The notes beneath the pieces were generated by a model that saw only the letters and a program-made list of their open reading frames with translations, did no database searches and was not told where the DNA came from. This document shows, one piece after another, positions 36,960 to 48,589 of a stretch of 64,000 bases of DNA; the stretch's first letter is position 1; the number at the start of each line of letters is the position of its first letter. The DNA comes from Lama guanicoe (taxonomy: Eukaryota): assembly GCA_013239625.1 (NCBI GenBank), contig MU053881.1, positions 16,360,373-16,424,372 on the forward strand, read 5' to 3'. A program made the translations under genes and the position numbers.

Positions 36960-38080
36960 TAGGATTTTCATAGGGTTGTGTAACCCTATGAAATAGTTCT
37001 AGAATATTTTAATCATCCCCAAAGGGAAACCCAGTATCCATTAAGCAGTTACTCCCCATTTCTTTTCTTTTTTTTTTAAGTTTTTTTCTTTTTCTTTATA
37101 TTTTATTTTTTTTATCCCCATTTCTCCCTTACCCCCAGCCTTAGGCAACCACAGATCTACTTTCTGTCTCTATGGGTTGGCCTCATCTGGATATTTCACA
37201 CTGATGGAATCATACAGTATATGGCCTTTTGTGCCTGGCTTCTTTCGTTCAGCATCGTGTCTTCTAGGTTCTTCCATGTCGTGGCGTGTATCGGTACTTC
37301 GTTCCTTTCCATGGCTGAATAACAATCCAGTGTGCATTCCTGTACAAGTTATTGTGCAGACTTAAGTCTTCAGTTCTCTGGTATATACTCAGGAGTGGAA
37401 TTGCAGGGTCACATGGTAGCTTATATTTATCTTTCCGAGGAACCGCCGGACGATTTTCCAAAGTAACCGCAGCAATTTACATTCCCACCAGCCGTATATG
37501 AAGGTTCCAGTTTCCCCACATTCTTGCCAACGCTTGTTATTGTCAGTCTTTTTGAGTACAGCCATCCTAGTGCGTGTGCAGGTTGATTGGCATTTCCCCG
37601 ATGATTTAGGACATTGAGCTTTCATGCGCTTATTGGCCATCTGCATATGTTCTTTGGTGAAATGTCTATTCAGACCCTTTGCCCATTTTTGGGTTATTAT
37701 TGAGTTGTAAGAGTTCTTTTTATGTTCTGGATCCCAGTCCCTTATCAGATATATGATTGGCAAGTATTTTCTCCCATTCTGTGCATTGTCTTTGATGGTG
37801 TCATTTGAAGCACAGAATTCTAAAATTTCTGTGAAGTCCAGTGCATTTGTTTTGTTTTGTTTTGTTTTCATTACTTGTGCTTTTTGTGTAATAGTGAAGA
37901 AATCATTGCCTAACCCTAGGTCACAAAGATTTACAACTAGGTTTGCTTCTAAAAGTTTTATAGTTTTAATTGTAATAGTTGGGTCTATGATCCATTTTGA
38001 GTTAATTTTTGTATATGGCATGAGGTAAGGATCCAACTTCATTCTTTTGCATGTGGTGTCCCAGTTGTTCCTGCATGTGG
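36960..38080 (-). mobile_element. L1 fragment (ORF2 C-terminal region and 3' UTR), degenerate
   Basis: ORF 37389..38042 (MKLDPYL.PYTKINSKWI..IKLLE.N..NLCDLGLGNDF..KWAK.LNRHF.KE..QMANK) is L1 ORF2 with frameshifts. Confidence 0.9.
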
Positions 38081-38178
38081 TGGCCCCATCTGTTGTTATT
38101 TTTTCAAATAATCTCTATTTTGGAAAGAGTTTAGATTTACAGAAATGTTGCAGAGATAACACACAGAGTTCCTGTATA

Positions 38179-38393
38179 TAGTTGACCCTTGAACAATATG
38201 GGGGTTAGGGATGCCTACCCTCTTCGAAGTCTAAAATCCGAGTATAACTTTACAGTTGACCCTCTGTATCCGTGGTCCTGCATCCACAGAGTCAACCAGC
38301 CTTGGATGGTGCTGTACTGCAGTATTTGCTATGGAAAAAAATCCACGCGTAAGTGGGCCCAGGCAGTTCAAACCTTTGTTCAAGGGTCAACTG
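38179..38393. mobile_element. Tigger2/MER8-like MITE in SMIM7 intron 4
   Basis: Perfect 17-bp inverted termini agttgacccttgaacaa (38180-38196) and ttgttcaagggtcaact (38376-38392), preceded by TA. Confidence 0.85.
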
Positions 38394-38860
38394 TGTATCT
38401 TTTTAATAACGCTATGGTTTTCCCCTTTAGGTCTGTATCATAACCTGTATATATATTCCCAAACTTCCTGGACATTTATATAATTTTTAGGCCTTTTCTA
38501 TTTTAGATTTTTTTTCAATGAGCAGAGCTAGCTCTAATAATTGTTTGCTTACTCAAAGGTCTTATTTTATTTATGAAAGTTACTGCCGACCTGCAGTAAT
38601 TGGGAATGGGCTAAAAGAAAATGTTACAGATTTGTGGGAAGTAGATACACTTTTAAAGAGTTACTTTTTTTTTTTTTTTAGGTGTATAGTTTGGGAGCCT
38701 TAAGAGTGTTTACATGGCTGTATAACAGAAGAGTTACTTATAAAATCAGAAGATGATGGAAAATAATCTTAATGATAGCAGTGGAGAATATGTCTTGAAA
38801 GTGCTTTCAGAATAGTAGCTTCCCATCCTCATGGGTATGTCTGTCCTCTGACTTTTCCAG

Positions 38861-38876
38861 GCTCTTTGGCTCCTGA
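38861..38876 (+). CDS. SMIM7: SMIM7 coding exon 5 (last; LFGS-stop)
   Basis: ctgacttttccag| acceptor then G CTC TTT GGC TCC TGA. Total CDS 228 nt = 75 aa plus stop, ending IVLFGS as in known SMIM7. Confidence 0.93.
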
Positions 38877-39887
38877 GCTCCAGATACGGAACCAGGAACA
38901 CACCTTCTCAGATGCCGAGTCTCCCTGCCTCCGTTCCTGATGACTTCAAGAATGTTTTTGACCAGAAGAATGGTGACCTTCGCAGAAAGCCCAAACTCGT
39001 GGTGGGTGGAAAAAATGTTCACCACGATGCACAGCCACACCACTGTTTTCTTTTCAAAGATATTTTCACTCTGATCCCTGCATTGAAATGCTGTCGACTT
39101 ACGGAATTTGAGGAGGGTTTACGCAAGGGGCTGTGATAACATTGCCTTCCGCAAAGATAAAAGAACCTACCTAGATTGTTGAATCAGATTAGAATCCCTC
39201 TTCTGCCAGGCTTTCACTGGAAATCAATTTCTGGGTGTTGCTTGGTTTATTTTTAGTAACCATCCTTTTTGATTCAAATGATACAGGTTTTTAAAAAATC
39301 TTTTTTATTCAGGGATCTGAAGCAGAAAGGTCGCCATTTAAGTTTGATGCAGCCTCTTATGGGACTGCATTTATGAGGAATGAGCAAGTTCATTGTTGCT
39401 GAGTCTGTGTCCAAGTTCCTTCCCATCCCACTGGGCTCTGCTCAGCCACTCTGTGCCACTGAGGGTGTCCCCAGGTCTTTAAGGGTGAAGTATTGCTGAT
39501 TCCCATGGAGGAGAGGTGCAGAACAGTTGACGAGGCAGATGGAGGTTTTATGAGAAATTTTGTCTTGCCTTGAAACTCTCCAGTAAAGTAATTTTGGGGG
39601 CCAGTAATTATACAGTTTCTAGAACAAGAGTGATTTATGTGGTAATATTGGGACCCAATTTGGAAAGCTTGGGTTTTGGGGTCTGCTTTTTAGGTGGGTG
39701 ATTTCAAAGTTGAAAAACGATAAGACTCATTGGAGGAAGTACAGCATTTTGCACAAAAGCCTCTTTGAAAGGGAGTCCCAGTTGAATCACCAAAATGACA
39801 CCCTGAGGGTCAGCTCCCTGACCCCACTGTGTTTAATTTGTGGTGGATTTTCAAATCTTGACTTGTAGGGAATGTGGGGGAGGAAAA

Positions 39888-39931
39888 AATAAATATGCAG
39901 GCTTTTAGAACTAAACAGCATTGAAAATAAA
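39888..39931 (+). terminator. SMIM7: Probable SMIM7 polyadenylation signals (two AATAAA)
   Basis: AATAAA at 39888-39893 and 39926-39931, followed by a GT/T-rich downstream element at about 39951-39975. Confidence 0.6.
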
Positions 39932-42900
39932 AGCTCATTTCTAAAAGGACCTTTGGTTTATACTTTTTTTTTTTTAACCTAGAAGTTGACTTGCAATTTG
40001 AGTTGTTTCAAATTATGCCATGGGAAACACCTAGGATTCGTTGATTGTGGGGGCTGTTGAAAAGTGAGAGAGGAGGCAATCTTAGATGTTCCTTTTTGGA
40101 TTTTGTTCAATAAATGTTGGGCAGGAATTAGGCAAATATGATCTCAGGCTGCCCCTGAGAGACAATAGTTATATTTTTCTCCAGAGAACTGTTATCTCAT
40201 TGTTAAGTTCTTATAAGCAATGGAGCTTTGGGGGACGCAAATCAAAGGCTGTTCACATTTTTAAAGTTGCATCTCATGGATGTGTATCTTTAGGAAGCTT
40301 TTCAGGAACCCTCATTGGCACCAAAGTTTATCTAATTTTGATTTTAGGGTGCAAAGGGTCCCATAACATATAAATTCTGGGTCCGTTAGATGTGGGTTCA
40401 AATCCCATCTCTGCTTCTTGCTGATGGGGTCTTGGCTGATTGCTTCTCCTTTCTAAGCCTCAGTTTTCACATCTCTAAAATGGAACCGAAGGTCACACCT
40501 GCTGGGATTTTTGTAAGGTTCAGTGAATCTGAAGGTGGTGCCTGGTAAACACTCATACCTATGGGTGTCCTCATGGCCCAAATTGTCTCTCGTCTTGCCT
40601 CCATTCATTCCTGCAGTCTGTACACAGACCATTAAAGAGCAATCACATCATTTTTTAAAAATGGAAACAATTTCCAGTGTGGAAAACATTTTCCTGTCTT
40701 CCCATTCTTTTTCCAGCATCTTCTTTATATGTCATGGTATATACGACATAGTCCCGACAGTGGATGAGGCAGTTTGGGTTCTACTGTTGTCATTTTGGCA
40801 TCACTTCCTTCATATCTTCTGGACTGCCAGAGAGGCTTCGTGGTTCTCATTTTTAATTACCACGTGGCATCAATAAATCTCTCTTTAACCTTGGCCTTCT
40901 GGCTGGCCCTCTCATACGTACTTTGAACTTGTACTCTGTCCGCTGTTATAAATGCCACTGCGGTCACCATTGTTATGACCTTTGCTGGCTTCCCTCACTA
41001 GTATTTCCCAGACTACCCGGTGAGGCTACATCTATTTGTACCACCACTGTAGCTTCAGTTTGTTTGTTTCATTTTGTTTTAAATTAATTTTGTGCTTTTG
41101 TCTTACTACCAACGCACTTTATGGTAGAAAGATTACAAAGTACAGCTTTGCTGGAAGGGAAGAAAATCACCCATAATCACACTCCCCCAGAGAGCATCAT
41201 TCTTGGTACACATTGTTCTGACTTCTTCTCTGTACGTGTGCATTGGGTATGGTAGATACGCTTTTTTCTACGTAAATTGTATCTTTGTTTCTTCTAGCCT
41301 GCTTTTCTTATCTGATAATATGAACACATTTCTGTATTTTTTTCCTACAGTTCCATTCTTAATAACTGCAGATAAGCCATTGTCATGACACACTGTAATG
41401 GATTTAGCTAGTCCCCAGCTGATGGAGACTTGAGTTATCTCTAGTTTGGGGGTTTTTTTTTTTGTGGATGACAGATTCCTTTTTTTTTTAGTTTAATTAA
41501 AAAAAATTTTTTAATTGAAGTATAGCCAGTTTATGATGTTGTGTCAATTTCTGGCATACAGGATAAAGTTTCACTCATACATAGATTCATTTTCATATTC
41601 TTTTTCATTGTAGGTTATACAAGATATTAACTGTAGTTCCCTATGCTATACAGTGACTTAAATAAACTTACTGTTTATCTAGTTTTTGTCTATTATGAAT
41701 AACACAGCGATGAACATCTCAGTGTATCATCCCTAATGGCTTTTTGGGGTCACGTTAAAACAGATCCACCCTGACAGCTTTAAGGTATGAACTCCCCCCA
41801 AATGTATCTTAGACTGCTTACTTCCTTGTCTTTATTTGCTTAATGTTCATTTGTTCTTATGCACACGTTTAAGCATACATACATACGTGCATACATATGT
41901 ATGTACATACCAAAGGAATTGGTTCTAAATCCCTGTCATCTCTGACCCAAGCTATGTTCAGCCACTTGAGTTTGCTTCATCTGTGAATAAGGACAAAGTT
42001 TTTCAGCTCCACCCACATAACTGTTTCTTTGTGCAAGCAACAGCAGTTGACAAGCAGTTGACTTGTCACACAAGCTGGCTTGCCACCTTGGCCTTGGTGG
42101 TTAAGAATCTTAGCCACTATCTAATTAAAAAATAAATGCCCACTAGTACTTGTCCTGGAACATGTTATATAGAGTTGCTGCCAAGGTAAGAAGCTGCATC
42201 TGAAGGACAAAAAGAAGGTCGCAATTTATGGCTCCTGCCCTGGCTGCAAGTTTTCGGGTTCGTATTGGATACCTCCTTTTCTTCCTCCACCCTTGCCATC
42301 TTGAGGAGTGGACCCTGTCTCTCGCTTCTGTGGGTTTCTCATCGCAGTTCAGTTCCAGATGCTCTAGAGCAGAACTTGGAAACTATAGCCCACCAGCCAA
42401 GTCCATCCCACTGCTTGCCCAGCCACACCCCTTTAGGTATGTATTGTCTATGGTTGGTTTGGCCGCTTTCCTGCTACCATGGCACAGTTGCAACAGAGAC
42501 TGGCCCACAGAGCTGAAAACATTGCTGATCTGCCCCATTTACTGGACAAACTGGCCAACTCCTGAGCTAGAGGATGATGGAGACTCAAGATGCCCCTTCC
42601 TCTGAGAGCCACTCAGGCGAAACCATCTGTGCGCCTTGTGGTCTGGATTTTAATAAAGACATTTGCAAAATTGCTGGAAATGGAGCTGGCCATTTTCCAG
42701 TGATGTGGTTAATAGACCAGACCCAATTTTATTTCTCCCGATAGTTAGGGGAGAGATCCCTCCCAGGCTCCCTGGGATTCCTCTTAAGCAGCAGCAAGAG
42801 ATGTGATAATGAGATTGGCTCTCCTCTGAAGTGGTTGTATTTGAACAGCCAGCGAGGCATTTCCTTTTCATGTCAAGTGCTTCATTATCTCCTTCTTAAC

Positions 42901-43459
42901 CAAATTTGAGCTGATGAAATATTTGACAAACCTCCTGATGTTTTCCTGCGTTGCTGAAAGATGTGTGATGTCTGTGTATAAAGCAAAAGACATGCTATTT
43001 TTTTTTAAAGATGTAGATTCTACTTGGTTTGTTTTCGCCATTCCTTTGATTTACATTATTATGCAGAGGAAAGCACTTTAAACGCTTCAAGCCCCTTTCT
43101 GGTCCTTGGGAGTTCCTGGAAATGAGTTTGGTAATAGTGAGTGCTCCTGGATGCGAAATTGGACAAAAAGATCTGTAGCAAATTGAAAACTCAAAGTCCA
43201 CATTTTTCAATAAGAAAACAGTGAGAGTTCATCAGCGTCTGGCTCTGTGTTCTTTTTGACCAGCTGGGTGGTTTTGGATGAGACCAGGGGTTGGCACACT
43301 GCTGCCCACATCTGGCTCCCTGCCTGTCTTTTCACAGCTCGCCACCTGTCTCTTCATGGCCCAGGAGATGGGATGGCGTTGATGTTTTTAAATGGTTGGA
43401 GAAAAAAATCAAGATGAAAATGGAAGGAAAAACGCATTTCTTTGTCCATCAAGTTTTAT

Positions 43460-43582
43460 GGTAGGGGTATAACTTAGTGGTAGAGCACATGCTTAGCATG
43501 CAGGAGGTCCTGGGTTCAATCCCCAGGAGCTCTATTTAAAAAAAATTGATAGGTAAGTCCTAATTACTTCCCCTCTCAAAAA
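43460..43582 (+). mobile_element. vic-1-like SINE inside a MER58-like element
   Basis: gggtataacttagtggtagagcacatgcttagcatgc..ggttcaatcccca. TSD aagtttt. Confidence 0.8.
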
Positions 43583-44169
43583 AGTTTTTTGGGAACTCTG
43601 TCACCCATTTGTGTATATCACCAGTGGCTACTTTCAGGCTGCAAGGACAGAACTGATTCCTTGCAACAGAGACCATCCAATCCACAAAACTGAACATATT
43701 GACTGACCCTTTACATAAAGGTTTGCCATCCCCTGGACTAGACAATTTTTAAAAAAGGACATCTTATAGGTAGATCTTGTTCATCTGGGTATAGTTTCAT
43801 TATTGTTGTGGCTGTTAGTGGTAAATATGGGCCACGAGAGCGTACAGACTGTGCTGGGAGGTGGTGGGGGTTACTTTGGGGGGAATAAAGCTCGGGTGGA
43901 AGAGAGGGTCATGGCGGAAAGCAGGTTGGAGGTCTGGCTCAGACCTGGGCTCTGTTGCTTACAGTGTGTCACGTGGGGCAGCATCTTGGCCTCTCTGTGC
44001 CTCCACGTCCTTGTCTGTGATGTGGAGACACTGAAGGAAAGAGCCTTGCCCCACGTCTATCCTGTCTGACGTGGGGTGGGCACTCAGTAAGTGGTGGTAT
44101 TTTCATCAGTGTCATTACTTTTATTAAAAGTCATTCTTAGCAGGGATTTGTGAGGCTTAAATGAGATGG

Positions 44170-44525
44170 TGTCTTAGTCTCCTGGGGCCGCCATAACAAA
44201 ATGTCACAGACTGGGTGGCTGACACAACAGACATTTCTTTTCTCATAGTTTCTGGAAGCTGCAAGTCCAAGACCAAGGTGCCAATAGGGTTGGTTCCTGG
44301 GAAGGCCTCTTTCCTCAGCTTGCAGTGTGTTGCATGTGGTGTGTGATGTACACGTGGTGTGGAATATGCCTGTGTGCAGTGCACTCTGTGTGTGTGTGTG
44401 TGGTATATCTGGCATGTGATGTCAGGTGTATGTGTCTGATGTGTGTGGTGAACATGCCTGGCTCCCACGTGTGCATGCAGCGTGTGTGTGTGTGTGTGTG
44501 TGTGTGGCGCCCTTGTGTGTGGCAT
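44170..44525 (-). mobile_element. MLT1 fragment running into a degenerate (TG)n-rich tract
   Basis: tgtcttagt..gccataacaaa..cacagactgggtggct..tctcatagtttctgga, then TG-rich low-complexity sequence. Confidence 0.7.
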
Positions 44526-45129
44526 ATGCAGCCTGTTACAGAAGTGGGGCTGGGGTTCTTTCTTGAACTGCACTTGATCTCTTACTACATGAACAGAAGT
44601 CAAAATCATTGTGTCAGGGCTTTCTATGAGTCACCTCTACTCTTGGGTACAACCAGAGGCATCCAAAGTATTACTGTCATCCTTGTTTTCCCATTGAAGA
44701 AATTGAGGCTGGCCCAGGGAAGTGATATGCCCACAGAGTCATCAGCAGAGCTGGTGTGAAGCCAGGTTCCCCCTGCCCCTTCATGTGTTGCCCTGTGAGT
44801 CTGGGAACCCTGAGCTCTGGACCAGAGTCACCATCCTGCCCCAAATCCAACCACATGACTTTGGCCAGGGTCTCTGAGGAGCAAGAGCCAAGTCACCTGG
44901 TTGGAGAGCTAGGCGACCAGTGTGACAAGAGTGGAGAAAACCCACCCGGGGTGACAAGGAACAAGGCTGACCAGGACAATGGGCAGTGTGTGTGTATGGC
45001 ACGTGTTGGTGTGTGACAGGGGGACCTCAAGAGGCCAAGGGCTTAGGCAAGATGAACTAGACTACCTAATTTACACATTAATAGTTTATCCTGAAGTTCC
45101 GTCACTGAGGAAAAAAATAGTATTTTCTT

Positions 45130-45260
45130 GGGGGAGGGTAATAGCTTAGTGGTAGAGCGCATACTCAGCATACACAACGTCCTAGGTTCAACCCCCAGTC
45201 CCTACATTAAATAAATAATAAACCTAATTACCTCTCCCCCAAAACAAATGAACAAAAAAG
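45130..45260 (+). mobile_element. vic-1-like SINE
   Basis: ggggagggta..agcttagtggtagagcgc..ggttcaacccccagt..aaacctaattacc. Confidence 0.82.
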
Positions 45261-45336
45261 TATTTAAAAATATATTATCCTCTTACTTTACTTCTGTAGA
45301 CACAAATAAAATGTTTATCAAAATAATTCACTAGAT

Positions 45337-45487
45337 GGGGGAGGATATAGCTCATGGGTAGAGCACATGCTCAGCATGCATGAGATCCTGGGTTCAATCC
45401 TCAGTACCTCCGTTAAAATAAACAACTCCTAATTACCCTCCTCCCCTAAAAAACTTTTTTGAAAAACAACAAAAATAAAAAAAAAAC
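45337..45487 (+). mobile_element. vic-1-like SINE
   Basis: gggggaggatatagctca..gtagagcacatgctcagcatgc..ggttcaatcctcagtacctcc. TSD aattcactaga. Confidence 0.82.
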
Positions 45488-48287
45488 CAGATCATAAAGC
45501 CATCATTAGATTAAATTCTAAAAATTCACTAGAGAATTAAAATAGTGATTGATTTTATTTCTTTGCATCATGAGAGTAATTGAGAGAACATAAAACTGCA
45601 TTAGGCAAAGTAACAGCCTCTAATCCAATCTAATAGATGATTTGATCATTGTGATTAAGTGATTGGATTATTTGGGCATTTCAAATAGATTGCACAGTAT
45701 TTTAGCAAGTTCTTAAAAAATTCTTATATAATTTTTAAAAGGTTACTTCCTATTTACAGTTATTGACTATATAACATGTGTTGTACAATAAATACATCCT
45801 TGAAACTATCTCATACTCAACAGTTTGTACCTCCCACTGCCCCACCCCTGTTTTGCCTCTTTGCTCCTTCCCCTCCCACCACTGGTAACCACATAGTTTG
45901 TTTTCTATATCTGTGAGTCGTACCAAGATTTTTGAGATCTTTAAAAAAAATCGAGAATAATTTTATGAATGTACGCCAAATGCAGACAGACAATCGATTT
46001 TACAATTTCCAAAGTCTATTACCTGGTCCATCTTCTGAAGAATTAAATATCATTTAAAAGGAGATTGATACAAGCATTCCTCTAACTTCCAGAAAAAGAC
46101 TAGAGAGCAGTGGAAAAGTTGAAATAAAAGAGAGATTAATCTTTTATTTCCTTTGTGTGAGTGTCTGTGTATGTGTTAGGATTATGTGTACTGTGTTGTT
46201 TTTAAGTACAATTATTCTTTATCCTGTACTTAACTAAATGAATAAACAATAAAGAAGATAAAGCTTAAAAAAAAATGCCTGGATATGTGTGTGCAGCAGA
46301 TCGAGAGAGAGAATGGTCAGCAGGCAAGAAGAGTAGGGCAGAGGACAAGAAAGCAGGAAACACATGGCCAAAGACAAACACAATGCAGGAGAGATGCAGG
46401 AGTTAAAGTAGCCATGAAGACCAGAGAGCATGGTTTGGAATCAGAAAGATCCAGCCTGGAATCCAGCTGCATCATTTTGGGCTAACTGGCTGTGGGCAAG
46501 GCTCCTCACTGTTCAGCTTCAGGCTCTTCTTCCTGTGACATTTGAGGAATGTACTAGCAACTCTGTATCAGCTAGCACTGTGTAACAAATGACCCCAATA
46601 TGAAGTGGCCTAAAACATGTATTATGTAGTTACAGTTCTGTGGCCAGGAAATTGGACGGGGCCCAGTGGGGCTGTCTCTGATTCCCTAGGGGGCTTCTCT
46701 ACTCAGATGTCTACCTCCTCAGCCAGAATGGCCCAGCTGATGGGGTTAGGCATGGGGGGCTCAGCATTCTTGATCTCCTGGTTCCTTATTCTCCATGGAG
46801 GTCCCAGGTCACTCCCTCTTGCCACTTGGCCCTCCAGCACAGTCACCAGATTCTGACATGGCAGCTTGGTGCTCCGAGGACTGCAAAGGCAGACACTGTC
46901 AGGCTGCTGCCTCCTCTTTTAACAGTTTTATTGAGATATAATTCACATACAGGTTACCTGTTGAAATTGGATGATTCGTGGTTTTTGGTATATTTCAAGA
47001 GTCAAGTAACCATCACTACAGTCTGATTCCAGAACATTTTTATGACTTCAGAAAGAAACCCCGCACTCTTTAATAGTCGCTCCGAATTCTCTCCCACCCC
47101 CATCCCTGGCAACCAGCAATCTACTAAAGTAGGGCCATAGGGAAAACACAAACTGTTAGATCGACAACTTATGTGGAATAAGATATCTGTATGTGGAATA
47201 ACTATATACAGATATCTGTGTCTTTGTGTGTCCATATGCATTCTCACGTGTATATAATATTTAATGAAATGCTCCATTTATTAAATATTTTTGAGCTCCT
47301 GCTGTGTGCCAGATCTGTGGAACTGAAATGCGTGAATAGGTCTGGATGTGTGTATACAGGTGCCGTGTATCGGGATGAGACATTCATTCATTCATTTACT
47401 CACTCTCTCATATATTTAAGAAGCACTTTTCTACCTACTGGGGACAAGGAGCCCTTGCAGAGCTCAGTCATCTTAATGTTTCTCCTCAGTTTAAAAAAAG
47501 CAGGTAAATGGATTTCCTGATTTTTCTTAACCTGACCCATGCAAAACAAATAGCTTATTTCTATGTAACCCTTGAGTAAAAAACTAATATATTGTATAGC
47601 TGAGTTAGAAATTAAAAAGAGAGGCAGGACTGGAGTATACTTGGGGGAATGCTTGTTTATTTTGCTTATCTTAAGGTGAGATACAGATTATCTCCAAATG
47701 GGCTGGTTTCCAATGTGGACCATGTACACAAAGCACGTCATTCTAGAAGGGGGAGTGAGTAAATTAAAGAGAAGTATTTTGCTCATATTTATTCTCCCCT
47801 ACAAGTGTGATGTAACACTTTTCACACGTGCAGAAGCAACCAACCAAATCACGTGCGGAAACAGCCGTTTGTTCAAATAAAAATGCTTCCCAGAAGCATG
47901 ACAAATGCAAGACTAACAGGTGTAGCACAGACCCAAGGCGCGCATGTGGTTCTCATCAGCTGCCTCTCTACTGTTTTAAATCTAGGTCTTCCTGTAACAA
48001 GGAAAGAAGTTAATTCTCCTGAGGCTGTGGCTAATAATCCACGCAGCCTGCCTTTTCACCCCTTCGCATAACCATATTTCTAACAGAACTGAGAGAAAGA
48101 GGAAGTGAGAGAAAGACAGCAATGAAAGAAGGTAGCGAGGTGGGAAGTGGGGGCGGGGAACCTTAGATTTGACATTTAACAATTCTGGGTTTTTGACCTG
48201 TAACTGGGTGACCTTGGGCCTCAGTTTCCTCCTTTGTAAAGGAGGTTCAGAGAATGGGTTTCAGCATCTCCACACAAAGCAGGGAAA

Positions 48288-48500
48288 CCAGAGGTTCTCA
48301 ACAGTTGTCGGTTCTGCCAGCCAGGGAACCTCCGGCAGTGACTGGAGATATTTTTGGTTGTCCCGACTGGGGAAAGGGTGCTACTGGCATCTAGTGGGTA
48401 GAGATCACGGATGCTGCTGAACATCCTGCAATGCACAGGGCAGGCAACAGAGTGATTCAGCCCCAAATGTCACTGAGGCCCAGGGGGAGAAATCTGGTGC
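48288..48500. mobile_element. MER20 MITE upstream of MED26
   Basis: cagaggttctcaac..ctggagatatttttggttgtc..tgctactggcatctagtgggtagag..aacatcctgcaatgcacagg..cagccccaaatgtca. Confidence 0.8.
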
Positions 48501-48589
48501 AGGCACAGATTTCAACGTTGGTGTCAGCTCCTGCGGTTGGCTTCTGCGGTTGGTTTTGGGGCTTTCCTAGCTGGGGTGGAAGCTCCTCT

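Noticed and set aside
37389..38042. 217-aa ORF as a functional gene
   Set aside because: Frameshifted L1 ORF2 remnant.
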